Notes: generated by a model from the letters alone, not told the origin. Positions 8,235 to 20,480 are shown, counted from the stretch's first letter. The stretch is 32,000 nt of DNA from Candidatus Moranella endobia PCIT (GCF_000219175.1 NC_015735.1:120001-152000), one strand, 5' to 3'. Made by a program: numbers and translations.

Positions 8235-9809
8235 ATGCAACAAATAACAAGTAGCCAATACCAGATAGAATTGCTGTACGCTCAAGCCTCTTACAGTTCC
8301 GATCCTACGGCTATATTCAACCAGTTGTGTGGTAACCGTCCCGCGACACTATTGCTGGAATCAGCTGAGATTGATAAGAAGCATGATCTTGAAAGCATGA
8401 TGGTAGTGGACAGCGCGCTGCGGATCACCGCCCTTGGCCAAACTGTAACAATTCAGGCTCTGAGTGCCAACGGCGCCGCTCTGTTGCCGCTGCTAAAAGA
8501 AGCTTTACCGGAGCAGGTGCCGTTGATTGTGCATCCCTATGGCTGTGAGCTAACTTTCCCACAAACGGAACAAGCAGTAGATGAGGACGCCAGGCTATGT
8601 TCGTTGTCTGTATTTGATTGTCTACGTCTGCTACTGAAGCTGGTTAAGCAACCGCCAGCATCACCGAAAGCGATGTTTTTCGGGGGCTTGTTCGCTTATG
8701 ATCTAGTTGCTGGTTTTGAAGCTTTGCCGTTACTGCGTCCAGGACAACGTTGCCCAGATTATTGCTTTTATCTTGCTGAAACTCTTCTGATACTAGATCA
8801 TCAGCAGCAAACCTGTGAACTGCAGTGCAGCCTATTTAGCCCCAATACAGTGGAAAAACAGCGATTGCAGCAACGTATTGAGCAATTACGACATCAGCTG
8901 CTAACTCAGGTGCCTGAACCACTACCGCATTTGGTTATTGATACCATGTCACTAACCTGCAGCCATAGCGACGAGGAGTATGGCATAATTATACGTCGCA
9001 TGCAGCAGGCCATTCGCAAAGGAGAAATTTTCCAGGTAGTGCCATCTAGGAGATTTTTCCTGCCATGTGCTTCTTCGCTTGCCGCCTACCGCACGTTGAA
9101 AAAAAATAATCCCAGTCCATATATGTTTTTCATGCAAGATAAGGAATTCACTTTGTTTGGTGCCTCGCCGGAAAGCGCGTTAAAATACGATCCAAACAAC
9201 AGGCAAATTGAAATTTACCCGATTGCTGGAACCCGCCCGCGTGGTCACCGCGATGACGGTACGTTGGATGCCGATCTCGACAGCAGAATCGAGCTGGCAA
9301 TGAGAATTGATCATAAAGAGTTAGCTGAGCATCTGATGTTAGTAGATTTGGCGCGCAACGATCTTGCGCGCATCTGTGAACCTGGCACTCGCTATGTAGC
9401 AGATCTTACCAAAGTCGATCGCTATTCTTTCGTCATGCATTTAGTTTCGCGGGTGGTAGGTAAGCTGAGAGCTGATCTTGACGTGCTACATGCTTATCGT
9501 GCTTGCATGAACATGGGTACATTGAGTGGAGCACCAAAAGTTCGAGCAATGCAGCTTATAGCCGAGGCTGAAGGTGAACGCCGCGGTAGTTACGGCGGTG
9601 CAATTGGTTATTTCACTGCTACTGGCGCTCTCGATACCTGTATTATCATCCGTTCCGCCTATGTAGAAGACGGCATAGCCACAGTACAGGCAGGGGCGGG
9701 CGTGGTACTGGATTCTGTTCCACAAACTGAAGCCGACGAAAGTCGCAATAAAGCACGTGCGGTTTTGCGCGCGATTGCTACCACCCATGATGCAAAGGAA
9801 CTGTTCTAA
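8235..9809 (+). CDS. trpE: Anthranilate synthase component I
   Basis: 524 aa, [106 protein letters not shown]. Confidence 0.98.
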   Translation: MQQITSSQYQIELLYAQASYSSDPTAIFNQLCGNRPATLLLESAEIDKKHDLESMMVVDSALRITALGQTVTIQALSANGAALLPLLKEALPEQVPLIVHPYGCELTFPQTEQAVDEDARLCSLSVFDCLRLLLKLVKQPPASPKAMFFGGLFAYDLVAGFEALPLLRPGQRCPDYCFYLAETLLILDHQQQTCELQCSLFSPNTVEKQRLQQRIEQLRHQLLTQVPEPLPHLVIDTMSLTCSHSDEEYGIIIRRMQQAIRKGEIFQVVPSRRFFLPCASSLAAYRTLKKNNPSPYMFFMQDKEFTLFGASPESALKYDPNNRQIEIYPIAGTRPRGHRDDGTLDADLDSRIELAMRIDHKELAEHLMLVDLARNDLARICEPGTRYVADLTKVDRYSFVMHLVSRVVGKLRADLDVLHAYRACMNMGTLSGAPKVRAMQLIAEAEGERRGSYGGAIGYFTATGALDTCIIIRSAYVEDGIATVQAGAGVVLDSVPQTEADESRNKARAVLRAIATTHDAKELF

Positions 9810-10387
9810 TGGCCGATATTCTGTTGCTCGATAACATCGACTCTTTTACCTATAATATAGTGGATCAGTTACGTGCTAGCTCTCATAGAGTATTAATTTA
9901 CCGCAATCATTTGCCGGCAGAACTTATCACGCGGTCGCTTTCTAAAATGAAACAACCGATTCTAATACTATCGCCTGGGCCAGGAGCACCAGCTCAGGCA
10001 GGCTGCATGCCAGAATTGCTTACCAAACTACGAGGTCGGTTACCAATCATCGGCATCTGCCTAGGGCATCAGGCAATAGTAGAAGCCTACAGTGGTCATA
10101 TAGGCCAGGCTGATGAGATTATGCATGGTAAAGCTTCGCCTATACATCACGATAATCAGGGGATGTTCGCAGGGATACCTAATCCGCTGACGGTGGCGCG
10201 CTATCATTCACTGATATGCAGTCAGGTACCGAAGTCGCTAACAGTTAACGCTCACTATAACAAAATGATCATGGCAGTACGCAATGACGAAGATCGGATC
10301 TGTGGCTTCCAATTTCATCCTGAATCAATTTTAACTACCCAAGGAGCAAATTTGTTAAATCAAACACTAGTTTGGGCGCTGACATAA
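9809..10387 (+). CDS. trpG: Anthranilate synthase component II (glutamine amidotransferase domain only, not fused to TrpD)
   Basis: [22 protein letters not shown]...ILSPGPGAP...[11 protein letters not shown]...[26 protein letters not shown]; overlaps the trpE stop (TAATG). ORF stops at the boundary where E. coli TrpD continues. Confidence 0.96.
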   Translation: MADILLLDNIDSFTYNIVDQLRASSHRVLIYRNHLPAELITRSLSKMKQPILILSPGPGAPAQAGCMPELLTKLRGRLPIIGICLGHQAIVEAYSGHIGQADEIMHGKASPIHHDNQGMFAGIPNPLTVARYHSLICSQVPKSLTVNAHYNKMIMAVRNDEDRICGFQFHPESILTTQGANLLNQTLVWALT

Positions 10388-10471
10388 CACACCACTAGTA
10401 ACGATATTTTATGATCAATACCTAATGGCTACCGCGCAGAATGGCCATGACAGCAAGAGGATAATCAATCC

Positions 10472-11827
10472 ATGCAGGACAAGATACTTGAAACAATAGT
10501 CGCCGCTAAATATAAATGGGTGGCTAATCGAAAACAGCTGCAGCCGTTGGATAGTTTTTTTTATCAGGTACATCCCAGCACCCGCAGTTTTTATCAAGCA
10601 CTGTCAGGTACTAGGACGTCTTTTATCCTAGAGTGCAAACAAGCGTCGCCGTCTAAGGGCATTATTCGCGCTAATTTTGACCCGCTAGCTATCGCTGGGG
10701 TGTACCGACATTACTCTTCTGCTATTTCGGTGCTAACCGAAGAGAAATCTTTCCAGGGCAGTTTCGATTTCTTACGTCAAGTTAGACAAACTGTGGGACA
10801 GCCGATCTTATGCAAAGATTTTATCATCGATCCCTGGCAGATTTACCTAGCTAGATTGTATCAGGCTGACGCTATTTTACTGATGTTATCCGTCCTGGAT
10901 GATGATACCTACTGTACACTAACTTCAGTGGCCCACAGCCTAAGTATGGGAGTGTTGACTGAAATATTAAACAATGCCGAGCGCGAGCGAGCGATTGCGC
11001 TGAAAGCGCAGGTGGTTGGTATCAATAATCGAGATTTACGTGATTTGTCCATAGATTTGAACCGCACCCGCACCCTTGGTCCTTGTCTTCCAGCAGGAGT
11101 CACGGTCATTAGCGAGTCTGGCATGAAGCATTATCGTCAAGTACACGAACTAAGCTACTACGTCAATGGTTTTCTTATTGGTAGTGCGCTAATGGCCGAA
11201 CTAGAATTGATGCTGGCGGTAAACAGGGTGCTACTAGGGGAAAACAAAGTCTGTGGTTTGACCCGCGCCGCTGATGCGCGCGCTTCTTTGGATGCCGGCA
11301 TGCTTTACGGTGGGATCATTTTTGTTCTTGGTTCTCCTAGGCAGGTCAAAAATAATTGCTGCACCGTCATTGCCGGTGCAGCGCTGCGCTATATTGGTGT
11401 GTTTTTTGATGCTCCGATGAGCAAAATTACTGCTAAAGCAAGAGCACTATCGTTGGCAGCAGTACAGTTACACGGTAGCGAAGATAAGACCTATATTGAC
11501 GCTCTGCGTCAGTCACTGCCAATCGATTGCCGTATATGGAAAGCACTAAATATAAACAATACCATACTGGCACGCAAACTGGCCCAAGTAGAGCGCTATT
11601 TGATTGACAATGGTGGCGGCAGCGGCAAACCTTTCGACTGGTTGCTATTAAATGATGCAGCGCTAAAGAACGTCATGCTTGCTGGCGGTCTGGGTGTAGA
11701 TAATTGTGTGGCCGCTGCCAGTTTTAGCGGCGTTGGCCTGGATTACAATTCTGGAGTCGAAAGTTCACCTGGTATTAAAGATCATAATAAACTAGCAACG
11801 GTATTTCAAACGCTGCGTGCATATTAA
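10472..11827 (+). CDS. trpC: Bifunctional indole-3-glycerol-phosphate synthase / phosphoribosylanthranilate isomerase
   Basis: 451 aa with IGPS (FILECKQASPSKGIIR, ILCKDFIIDPWQIYLAR, VGINNRDLRDLSIDL) and PRAI (VCGLTRAADARASLDAGMLYGG..., GGSGKPFDWLLL, AGGLGVDNCVAA) domains. Confidence 0.97.
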   Translation: MQDKILETIVAAKYKWVANRKQLQPLDSFFYQVHPSTRSFYQALSGTRTSFILECKQASPSKGIIRANFDPLAIAGVYRHYSSAISVLTEEKSFQGSFDFLRQVRQTVGQPILCKDFIIDPWQIYLARLYQADAILLMLSVLDDDTYCTLTSVAHSLSMGVLTEILNNAERERAIALKAQVVGINNRDLRDLSIDLNRTRTLGPCLPAGVTVISESGMKHYRQVHELSYYVNGFLIGSALMAELELMLAVNRVLLGENKVCGLTRAADARASLDAGMLYGGIIFVLGSPRQVKNNCCTVIAGAALRYIGVFFDAPMSKITAKARALSLAAVQLHGSEDKTYIDALRQSLPIDCRIWKALNINNTILARKLAQVERYLIDNGGGSGKPFDWLLLNDAALKNVMLAGGLGVDNCVAAASFSGVGLDYNSGVESSPGIKDHNKLATVFQTLRAY

Positions 11828-11865
11828 CAAAAAAATTAGACTGAAACTGTGAGAGACAACCAAGT

Positions 11866-13056
11866 ATGACACTAGTTAATCCTTATTTTGGCGAGTTTGG
11901 CGGTATGTATGTGCCCCAAATTCTTATGCCAACGCTGCTCCAACTGGAAGAGGCGTTCGTTAACGCCCAAAGCGACCATGCATTTCAGGCTGAATTCAGT
12001 AGTCTGCTTACACATTACGCTGGGCGGCCGACACCACTAACCATTTGCCACAATCTAACCACCGGTACTAAGACAAAATTGTATCTGAAACGAGAAGACT
12101 TACTACACGGTGGCGCCCATAAAACCAACCAGGTATTGGGCCAAGCACTCTTGGCCAAACGCATGGGAAAAACAGAAATTATCGCTGAAACTGGTGCTGG
12201 CCAGCACGGCGTAGCATCGGCACTTTCTTCTGCATTGCTTGGGCTGAAATGCCGCATTTATATGGGTGAAAAAGATATTGAGCGCCAGTCACCGAACGTA
12301 TTTCGTATGAAGCTGATGGGTGCAGAGGTCATTCCAGTACACAGCGGTTCCTCTACCCTAAAAGATGCCTGCAACGAAGCTTTGCGCGACTGGTCCGACA
12401 GTTATGAAAGAGCTCACTATATGCTAGGCACCGCTGCCGGTCCACATCCGTTCCCTACCATCGTGCGCGAATTTCAGCGAATGATAGGCGAGGAGACGCG
12501 CGCACAAATATTAGAGCACGAACAACGCCTGCCGGATGCATTAATTGCCTGTGTTGGTGGCGGTTCCAACGCCATCGGGATGTTCGCTGATTTCATTAAT
12601 GAACCTGACGTGCGCCTGATAGGCGTGGAGCCAGGCGGTAAAGGTATCGAAACTGGCAATCATGGTGCATCTCTTAAACATGGCCGGACTGGCATCTACT
12701 TCGGCATGAAGTCGCCGATGATGCAATCCGCCGAAGGACAGATTGAGGAGTCATATTCGATCTCAGCTGGTTTGGACTTTCCTTCGGTTGGTCCCCAGCA
12801 TGCTTACCTTGATAGCATCGGTCGCGCCGAGTACGTATCGGTTACTGATGAAGAAGCATTGGGCGCATTCCAGCGCCTATCACGCCAAGCTGGCATTATA
12901 CCAGCGCTTGAATCATCCCACGCTTTAGCCCATGCGCTACGTATGATTCAAGAGGCACCAAAAAAAGAACAGATACTCGTAGTAAATCTGTCTGGCCGAG
13001 GAGATAAAGATATTTTAACCGTTCATGATATTTTATCCGAACGAGGAGAAATCTAA
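11866..13056 (+). CDS. trpB: Tryptophan synthase beta chain
   Basis: [20 protein letters not shown]..., [63 protein letters not shown]. Confidence 0.98.
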   Translation: MTLVNPYFGEFGGMYVPQILMPTLLQLEEAFVNAQSDHAFQAEFSSLLTHYAGRPTPLTICHNLTTGTKTKLYLKREDLLHGGAHKTNQVLGQALLAKRMGKTEIIAETGAGQHGVASALSSALLGLKCRIYMGEKDIERQSPNVFRMKLMGAEVIPVHSGSSTLKDACNEALRDWSDSYERAHYMLGTAAGPHPFPTIVREFQRMIGEETRAQILEHEQRLPDALIACVGGGSNAIGMFADFINEPDVRLIGVEPGGKGIETGNHGASLKHGRTGIYFGMKSPMMQSAEGQIEESYSISAGLDFPSVGPQHAYLDSIGRAEYVSVTDEEALGAFQRLSRQAGIIPALESSHALAHALRMIQEAPKKEQILVVNLSGRGDKDILTVHDILSERGEI

Positions 13057-13057
13057 T

Positions 13058-13864
13058 ATGGAACGCTATCAGAAATTATTTAGCAAGCTAACTTCACGCA
13101 CTGAAGGCGCTTTCGTGCCGTTTGTGACGCTTGGTGATCCTAGTCCTGTACTATCGCTGCAAATTATCGATACTCTTATTAGCGCAGGGGCCGATGCTTT
13201 AGAACTAGGCATACCGTTCTCCGATCCATTGGCCGATGGCCCAACTATTCAAAAAGCCAACCTGCGCGCGTTTGCCGCCGGCGTAACGCCGGCACACTGT
13301 TTTGAACTACTATCATCCATTCGTGCAAAATACGCTGAGATACCAATTGGATTGCTAATGTATGCCAATTTGGTATATAACGAAGGTATTGACTCTTTCT
13401 ACGCCCGCTGCGCCGCTGTTGGCGTTGACTCAGTGCTTGTAGCTGACGTGCCGCTGCAAGAAAGCCTACTATTTCGCCAAGCTGCGTTACGCCATGATGT
13501 GGCACCAATTTTTATTTGTCCACCAAACGCTGACAGCGAGCTGCTGCACGAAATAGCTTTTTACGGCCGAGCGTATACCTATCTGCTTTCGCGTGCAGGT
13601 GTCACTGGCAGTGAAAAAAGGGCAAATAAGCCGCTGACACAGCTTGTCAATGCATTGAAGAAGTATAAAGCAGCGCCCATACTTCAGGGCTTCGGTATTG
13701 CTGAACCCATCCAAGTACGCGCTGCTTTGCAGGCTGGTACCGCAGGTGCTATCTCAGGCTCGGCCATCGTGCGTATTATTGAAGAGCATGTGGATCATTC
13801 AACACTGATGCTAGAAAAATTGTCACTATTCGTTAGTGCAATGAAAGCTGCCACCCGCTGTTGA
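13058..13864 (+). CDS. trpA: Tryptophan synthase alpha chain
   Basis: Start chosen at 13058 ([30 protein letters not shown]) after AGGAGAA, 1 nt past the trpB stop; [37 protein letters not shown]. Confidence 0.97.
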   Translation: MERYQKLFSKLTSRTEGAFVPFVTLGDPSPVLSLQIIDTLISAGADALELGIPFSDPLADGPTIQKANLRAFAAGVTPAHCFELLSSIRAKYAEIPIGLLMYANLVYNEGIDSFYARCAAVGVDSVLVADVPLQESLLFRQAALRHDVAPIFICPPNADSELLHEIAFYGRAYTYLLSRAGVTGSEKRANKPLTQLVNALKKYKAAPILQGFGIAEPIQVRAALQAGTAGAISGSAIVRIIEEHVDHSTLMLEKLSLFVSAMKAATRC

Positions 13865-14096
13865 ATAAGTAAGATTGCTGCTAATTTAATTGCTAAATTA
13901 AACTTAATATTTATAGAAAAACTGACTATTAACTGCTAGTTCATGGTAGCTGTTTTGTCATAACACTAGCTGTTTGATAAGCATCCTATGCTCACTGAAA
14001 ATAAATAAAATTACCGGCAAGCAATACGGGGTTATAACAGTTATTATATATTCAAATTATTGGTATATTAGTTGATGTTTTTACCCAGGAGCCCCC

Positions 14097-14846
14097 ATGC
14101 CAAGAATAGCAAGTACCATGTACCAAGACATGCTAAATTTTTTCCGCAATCAGTTGACTAGTGTCGTGCTGTTGGCGCTATTAACAGCACTGATCAATGT
14201 TATTCTGGGGTATATACTGTCTCCGGGTAGCGCTCAGTTGAGAATACTGAACGACTGTAATAATATTAGTAACATTGCAGATATGAGCATTCAGCAGTTG
14301 GTACGAAATATGTCGCTTGAACAGCAAATGGTGCTGCTGAAAGCAGCTGCTGCTAGCACTATTGCTGGTATAGTCGGTAACGTTCTGCTTGCAAGCGGGC
14401 TGCTGAACATGGTTCGCCTGACCTCTAACAATCAGCAGCCTAACAGTGTATTACGCGCTATCGGCTTGTCTGCACCTATTTTACCGCGCCTGTTGTTACT
14501 AATTTTTCTTACAACATTGCTGGTGCAACTGGGAATGCTGTTTATTATCGTACCTGGTGTTGTATTTGCCATCGCCTTTAGCCTGGCGCCAGTAATTGCT
14601 ACCAGCGATAATCTAGGCACGATTAAATCAATGCGTATGAGCGCTAGTTTGGCGTTTGCTAATATCCGTTTGCTAGCACCTGCGGTATGTTTATGGCTGC
14701 TAGCTAAGGCTATAGTGTTACTGTTGGCAACCAAGTTAACGATAATATCATCGCTTATAGTAGCGGTGTTATTAAATGGGTTAATCAATCTTCTTTCTGC
14801 TATTCTGCTGATCTATCTATTTCGCCTATATATTTTGTTGCGATAG
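14097..14846 (+). CDS. yciC: UPF0259 inner membrane protein YciC
   Basis: NFFRNQLTSVVLLALLTALINVILGYILSPGSAQL...LRAIGLSAPILPRLLLLIFLTTLLVQLGMLFIIVPG...LINLLSAILLIYLFRLYILLR; AGGAG RBS before ATG. Confidence 0.9.
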   Translation: MPRIASTMYQDMLNFFRNQLTSVVLLALLTALINVILGYILSPGSAQLRILNDCNNISNIADMSIQQLVRNMSLEQQMVLLKAAAASTIAGIVGNVLLASGLLNMVRLTSNNQQPNSVLRAIGLSAPILPRLLLLIFLTTLLVQLGMLFIIVPGVVFAIAFSLAPVIATSDNLGTIKSMRMSASLAFANIRLLAPAVCLWLLAKAIVLLLATKLTIISSLIVAVLLNGLINLLSAILLIYLFRLYILLR

Positions 14847-14902
14847 GTCTAACTAACTAATTTAGCCACCGCCACCAATCAGTTTGTTCATAAGTAACTG
14901 TA

Positions 14903-16552
14903 TCAATGACGCCAGGATTTATATTGATTGATTAGTCCATTAGTAGAACTATCATGGGTGTCAATTATATTATCCTGTGTCAATTCCGGCAAAATGTGAT
15001 CAGCGAGCTGCTTGCCAAGCTCGACGCCCCATTGATCGAAGGTATATATATTGAATATCACTCCTTGAGTAAAAATCTTGTGCTCATACATTGCAATTAG
15101 CGCCCCCAGGCTATAGGGGGTAATCTCACGTAGCAAAATAGAGTTAGTGGGACGGTTACCCTCAAAAACGTTAAAAGGGGCTACGTGCCGTACTTGATCC
15201 GGCGACTTACCTGCAGTGCAGAATTCATGATCAACTACTGCTCTTGATTTGCCAAAGGCTAATGCTTCAGTTTGTGCGAAGAAATTAGACAAAAGTTTAA
15301 CATGATGATCAGTAATAGGATTATGGCTGATGGCTGGTGCAATAAAATCGCAAGGCACTATCTTGGTTCCTTGGTGAATTAGTTGATAAAATGCATGCTG
15401 ACCGTTAGTGCCTGGCTCACCCCATATAATTGGACCGGTTTGATATCTAACTGTATGTCCTTCGCGATCGACATATTTACCATTAGATTCCATATTGCCC
15501 TGCTGTAAATATGCAGCAAAGCGGTGCATATATTGATCGTAAGGCAAAATTGCCTCGGTTTCCATGCCGTAGAAATTATTGTACCAAATGCCAATTAGCG
15601 CAAGCAGCACTGGTAAATTATTATTTAGCGGCGTTTTTAAAAAATGATGGTCCATAGCATGTGCACCGCTGAGCAGTTTTTCAAAATTATCGAAACCAAG
15701 TGATAGCGAAATAGATAACCCGATGGCGGACCAGAGCGAATAGCGGCCGCCAACCCAGTCCCAGAACTCAAACATATTTTCCGGATCGATACCAAATTCA
15801 GCTACTGCTTTTGCGTTAGTGGACAAAGCAGCAAAATGGCAAGTAACATATTTCTGATCGACTGCGGTTTGCAGGAACCAATCCCGCGCGCTGCGGGCGT
15901 TGGTCATAGTTTCCTGAGTAGTAAAGGTTTTAGAGGCTACTAGAAAAAACGTGGTTGCTGGATCCAGGCATTTTAATGTTTCAGCAATATGAGTGCCGTC
16001 AACATTAGACACATAATGCATTTTAAGGTGATTTTTATACGGCCGTAATGCTTCAGTGACCATATACGGGCCAAGATCGGAGCCGCCGATACCAATATTG
16101 ACGATATCTATGATAGTGCGTCCGGTATAGCCTTTCCATTCACCGCTGATCAACCTCTCGCTGAAATGTTTCATTTTAGTAAGTACCGCATTGACGTCAG
16201 CCATTACATCCTGACCTTCCAGGTAAATAGGCGTATTGCTACGGTTGCGTAACGCTACATGCAACACTGCTCGATCCTCGGTGTGGTTAATTTTATCGCC
16301 GTTAAACATTGCAGCAATAGCATTACTTACGCCACACTCAGTCGCCAGCGCCAATAATAGGGTTATGGTTTTTGAGGTAATGCGATTTTTTGAATAATCA
16401 ACTAGTATCTGGTTAGCAAAATTTGCTGAGAAAGAAGAAAAACGTTCTGGATCCTGTGCAAACAGGTCTATTATTTGTACGTATTTCATCGATTCGAAAT
16501 GTGTTTGCAACGATTTCCAGGCCGAAGTATGGCTGGGATTGATATTTTTCAT
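14903..16552 (-). CDS. pgi: Glucose-6-phosphate isomerase
   Basis: 549 aa; [95 protein letters not shown]. Confidence 0.98.
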   Translation of the reverse strand: MKNINPSHTSAWKSLQTHFESMKYVQIIDLFAQDPERFSSFSANFANQILVDYSKNRITSKTITLLLALATECGVSNAIAAMFNGDKINHTEDRAVLHVALRNRSNTPIYLEGQDVMADVNAVLTKMKHFSERLISGEWKGYTGRTIIDIVNIGIGGSDLGPYMVTEALRPYKNHLKMHYVSNVDGTHIAETLKCLDPATTFFLVASKTFTTQETMTNARSARDWFLQTAVDQKYVTCHFAALSTNAKAVAEFGIDPENMFEFWDWVGGRYSLWSAIGLSISLSLGFDNFEKLLSGAHAMDHHFLKTPLNNNLPVLLALIGIWYNNFYGMETEAILPYDQYMHRFAAYLQQGNMESNGKYVDREGHTVRYQTGPIIWGEPGTNGQHAFYQLIHQGTKIVPCDFIAPAISHNPITDHHVKLLSNFFAQTEALAFGKSRAVVDHEFCTAGKSPDQVRHVAPFNVFEGNRPTNSILLREITPYSLGALIAMYEHKIFTQGVIFNIYTFDQWGVELGKQLADHILPELTQDNIIDTHDSSTNGLINQYKSWRH

Positions 16553-16709
16553 ACAAACATCCTATCGCTAAAATTGCTAAAAACAGTTCTATTTAGCACA
16601 TTAGTGCTACTAAAGGCCAATTTAAGGTATTGTTCGTAGATAATCGGTATAAATGCATACGAGCTATTGGCTGGCCGGCATCAGGAAATAAACTTTAGTA
16701 GCCACAGCT

Positions 16710-18155
16710 TTAGGCGGTACCACCTACAGTGATTTTATCCAACTTCACCGTCGGCTGGCCCACACCAACCGGTAAACTTTGGCCTTCTTTATTACAGACG
16801 CCTACACCGTTATCTAAAGCCAAATCATTTCCGACCATTGATATTTGCTGCATCGCTTCGATACCTGATCCGATTAACGTCGCGCCTTTCACCGGCTTAG
16901 TAACACGGCCTTTTTCAATTAAATAAGCTTCAGAGGTGGAGAAAACAAACTTACCAGAGGTAATATCCACTTGGCCGCCGCTAAAGTTAGGTGCATAAAT
17001 ACCGTGGTTAACACTAGCAATAATCTCGGCCGGTGTAGATTTACCTGTCAACAGGTAGGTATTGGTCATACGTGGCATTGGTAAATGTGCATGGGACTCG
17101 CGGCGGCCATTGCCAGTGGGCGCTACCTCCATCAGCTGGGCGTTGAGTTTGTCCTGCATGTACCCTTTCAACCAGCCTTTTTCTATCAGCACATTATATT
17201 GTCCTGGTACTCCCTCATCATCGATAGCCAGCGAGCCGCGACGGCCGGTAAGCGTACCATCGTCTACTACTGTGCATAGTTCAGATGCTACTAACTCACC
17301 TATCTGGCCGCTGAACACAGAGTTGCCGCGGCGGTTGAAATCACCTTCAAGGCCGTGCCCTACTGCTTCGTGCAACATAACACCAGGCCAACCTGCCCCC
17401 AGCACCACCGGCATAGCGCCAGCTGGTGCGGCGGCAGCAGAAAGATTTACAAGCGCCATTCGCACCGCTTCTCGCGCAAAACTATCAGCACGCACCTCGC
17501 CGTTCACCTCTTCCAAGAAAAAATTATAACTAACACGACCACCGCCGCCGCTGGTACCGCGTTCTCTTTTACCGTCCTGCTCCACTTGCGCGCTTATAGA
17601 AAGCTGCACCAGTGGACGCACATCAGTCGCAAGCGTACCGTCAGTAGCGGCGACCAGCATCTGTTCGTACAAACCCGACAAGCTGGCTGTCACTGCCTGA
17701 ACACGTGTATCAGCGTCGCGCGCAGCTTTATCCACTCGGTGTAGTAACGCGATTTTTTCATCGCACGGTAAGCTATTAAGCGGATCTAACAAAGGATACA
17801 GAGGGCAGTAGCTTACCGCCCCCAGGATCTTGACTTGGCCACTGCCAGCTTCTCTAACAATACTGCGTGCGGCCAGCGCGCTTTTGTTCAATGCCGCAAA
17901 TGTAATTTGGTCAGAATAAGCAAAACCGGTTTTTTCTCCGCTGATCGCGCGAGCACCAATACCTTGTTCGATATTATGCGACCCTTTTTTTATTATGCGG
18001 TCTTCAATGATCCATGTTTCATGATAGCTTGACTTAAAATATAGATCAGCATAGTCCAGACGTCGTGCGCTCATCTGTTCTAGTAAGTTAAAAAGATGTT
18101 CATACTGCAGATTATTAGCAGAAAGTAAATGGTCACTGACCAATGTCAGACTCAT
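16710..18155 (-). CDS. tldD: Metalloprotease TldD
   Basis: [38 protein letters not shown] (HEXXXH-type motif), [57 protein letters not shown]. Confidence 0.97.
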   Translation of the reverse strand: MSLTLVSDHLLSANNLQYEHLFNLLEQMSARRLDYADLYFKSSYHETWIIEDRIIKKGSHNIEQGIGARAISGEKTGFAYSDQITFAALNKSALAARSIVREAGSGQVKILGAVSYCPLYPLLDPLNSLPCDEKIALLHRVDKAARDADTRVQAVTASLSGLYEQMLVAATDGTLATDVRPLVQLSISAQVEQDGKRERGTSGGGGRVSYNFFLEEVNGEVRADSFAREAVRMALVNLSAAAAPAGAMPVVLGAGWPGVMLHEAVGHGLEGDFNRRGNSVFSGQIGELVASELCTVVDDGTLTGRRGSLAIDDEGVPGQYNVLIEKGWLKGYMQDKLNAQLMEVAPTGNGRRESHAHLPMPRMTNTYLLTGKSTPAEIIASVNHGIYAPNFSGGQVDITSGKFVFSTSEAYLIEKGRVTKPVKGATLIGSGIEAMQQISMVGNDLALDNGVGVCNKEGQSLPVGVGQPTVKLDKITVGGTA

Positions 18156-18239
18156 AGAGGTAACATCCTGAATGGAAGTATGTGTTTTTTTTACAAAACA
18201 TTTAGTAATAATACTGCAATTTTGTTTGTCTTATGAAGG

Positions 18240-19472
18240 TCAGTTCAATTGCAGCTGAGGTAGAATCTGTTTAACTTGGGCAAGATATTCTGCTCGATCG
18301 TGACCGATCAAAACTTCAGTACACGGCAATTTGGCGGTCAGAGGATTAACAGCCTGCTGGTTGATCCAGACTTCGTAATGCAAATGAGGGCCAGTAGAAC
18401 GTCCGGTATTGCCGGACAAGGCAATACAAGCACCGCGTTTCACTTTTTGTCCTGGTTTTACCAACAATTTTTTCAGATGCATATAGCGCGTCATGTACTG
18501 GCGGCCGTGGCGGATGGCAACATAGTTACCTGCGGCTCCATCTTGTTTACTAACAATAACTTCGCCATCGCCCACAGCAAGTACTGGCGTACCGACCGGA
18601 ACAGCGAAATCGACGCCGCGATGGGGTGCTATACGGCCGGTGATGGGGTTAAGCCTCTGCGGATTAAAATTGGAGGAAACACGGAATTTTTTTATGGTAG
18701 GAAAACGCATAAACCCCCGGGCTAGACCGGCAGCAGCATCACGGTTATAAAATTTTCCGTCATCAGCGCGGAAAGCATAATAATCTTTACCGCCTGTACG
18801 TAAGCGCAGGCCTAGCAATTTGCTGTTTGCATTTTTGCTCTCGTTTCTTGTCGTCAAAACTGAGAACTGATCACCTTTACGTAATTTAAGAAAATCTAGT
18901 TGCCACTGCAACGCTTTAATTACGGCGTTTATATCACTGCCAGTTAGTCCGGCTAAACGGGCACTATTAATGAAACTACCGTTGAGCTGTCCGGTTAACA
19001 AAACAGTGTTGCGCCATTCGCCTGTCATATTGACTTTTTTTTCCTTTACACCTCCGTCAACTATATCATAGGTACTAGTCGCATGGAAGGTAACACCACA
19101 GCCATACTGGGTAATAACACTGTTGATAGTATCGCCGCTGGTGATGACATGTTGATTTACACCACCAACCACTTCCATACATTCGTTGTTAAGTTCACTC
19201 TTCATAAGGTATTCAGTGTGATCAGGCGTGGTATACCCAAGTAGTTTAATAGCGGTTGATGTAAAATCTATTAATTTCTCGTCTTCCAACAGATTGCTGT
19301 GGCTATCACTATCATACGGTTCTACTACCGGCAAGTAGATATATTGTTGCCGTTGCCAAATGGCAATCGTTAACGTGAAAGTTACTATGGCTAGCAACCC
19401 CAGCATGATGTGATAAGATCGCGACAAAAAATAATTAAACGCCAAGGAGAAAAAGCGGGTTATATGCTGCAC
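18240..19472 (-). CDS. mepM: Murein DD-endopeptidase MepM (YebA), M23 family
   Basis: FRVSSNFNPQRLNPITGRIAPHRGVDFAVPVGTPVLAVGDGEVIVSKQDGAAGNYVAIRHGRQYMTRYMHLKKLLVKPGQKVKRGACIALSGNTGRSTGPHLHYEVWINQQAVNPLTAKL; adjacent to znuA as in E. coli. Confidence 0.95.
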   Translation of the reverse strand: MQHITRFFSLAFNYFLSRSYHIMLGLLAIVTFTLTIAIWQRQQYIYLPVVEPYDSDSHSNLLEDEKLIDFTSTAIKLLGYTTPDHTEYLMKSELNNECMEVVGGVNQHVITSGDTINSVITQYGCGVTFHATSTYDIVDGGVKEKKVNMTGEWRNTVLLTGQLNGSFINSARLAGLTGSDINAVIKALQWQLDFLKLRKGDQFSVLTTRNESKNANSKLLGLRLRTGGKDYYAFRADDGKFYNRDAAAGLARGFMRFPTIKKFRVSSNFNPQRLNPITGRIAPHRGVDFAVPVGTPVLAVGDGEVIVSKQDGAAGNYVAIRHGRQYMTRYMHLKKLLVKPGQKVKRGACIALSGNTGRSTGPHLHYEVWINQQAVNPLTAKLPCTEVLIGHDRAEYLAQVKQILPQLQLN

Positions 19473-19484
19473 TAATAACTATCC

Positions 19485-20456
19485 TCATATGTTTTTCTCC
19501 AAGCAGCTAACGTACTGATTCGTCAATTGCGATAGAAAGCGTGCGTAGCTTTCTTTGTTCAATGCGATCCCGATTCCCATCGGGTCAAGAGTGCCAATAT
19601 GCACAGACGTACCGCGAACAACGGCATTGATAACAGCTGGTCTAAATTGTGGCTCAGCAAAAATACAAGTCACTTTTTGCTCAACCAACTGTGTTCTAAT
19701 TTTATGTAAAGCCTGTGCACCTGGTTGTATTTCGGGGTTAGCAGTAAAATATCCTGACGGTGTCAGGCCATAGTACTTTTCAAAATACCCATACGCATCG
19801 TGAAATACAACATACCTTTTTGCGCGAAAAGGCGCTAGTATTTTAGCAATATTTTTATCATTTATTGTTAAGTGTTTCTTAAAAAGATATAGATTATTAT
19901 CTAATTTTGTTTTTTTCTCTGGCATTAACTCAGCTAGACGGTGATTAATAGCTTCTGCTATACGCCTAGCGATAATCGGTGATAGCCACAAATGCATATT
20001 ATAGTCACCGTGGTGGTGAATGTGACCACCACGGCATTTTTTATCATATACATGACTATCATATAGTTCTTCTCCAATTTTTGGCAGTAGTGTTGTAACA
20101 GACGGTAGGTCTGCCAATGTAATACACCGTTCAGCCGGCAACGATGAAGCTGGACCTGTAAGAAACGTCTCCATTTTAGCCCCCACCCAAAGTAGCAAAT
20201 CTGCTTTTTTTAACTGCAGCGCATTCGTTGGACGCAAAGCGTAATCATGGGGTGACGCGCCATCTGGCAACATTACCTCTACCGGTATAACACCATCAGC
20301 GATAGCGGCAGCGATGAAGCCCAGTGGACGAATTGAGGCAACTAAAGCAGCTTGTGCATCTATGTTTGCTGTAAAACTAAACACAATTCCTAGAGAAACA
20401 ATACAGCAGATACGTAAAAAAAAACGCGAACATATGATAGGCTTGAACACAGGCAT
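19485..20456 (-). CDS. znuA: High-affinity zinc uptake system periplasmic binding protein
   Basis: IRPLGFIAAAIADGVIPVEVMLPDGASPHDYALRPTNALQLKKADLLLWVGAKMETFL, short His-rich loop RGGHIHHHGDYNMHLWLSP, divergent from znuCB. Confidence 0.95.
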   Translation of the reverse strand: MPVFKPIICSRFFLRICCIVSLGIVFSFTANIDAQAALVASIRPLGFIAAAIADGVIPVEVMLPDGASPHDYALRPTNALQLKKADLLLWVGAKMETFLTGPASSLPAERCITLADLPSVTTLLPKIGEELYDSHVYDKKCRGGHIHHHGDYNMHLWLSPIIARRIAEAINHRLAELMPEKKTKLDNNLYLFKKHLTINDKNIAKILAPFRAKRYVVFHDAYGYFEKYYGLTPSGYFTANPEIQPGAQALHKIRTQLVEQKVTCIFAEPQFRPAVINAVVRGTSVHIGTLDPMGIGIALNKESYARFLSQLTNQYVSCLEKNI

Positions 20457-20480
20457 GGTAATACTCTCATCACAACAGCT

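Noticed and set aside
10415-10597. Minus-strand 60-aa ORF in the trpG-trpC gap
   Set aside because: Mostly antisense to trpC and to the spacer; no similarity I recognise. The gap is better explained by trpD deletion.
14432-14788. Minus-strand 118-aa ORF antisense to yciC
   Set aside because: The opposite strand is a convincing YciC match; the antisense frame has no family features.
17062-17744. Plus-strand ORFs of 155 and 129 aa
   Set aside because: Fully antisense to tldD, with low-complexity composition ([12 protein letters not shown]..., [14 protein letters not shown]) typical of antisense frames of a conserved gene; no recognisable domain.
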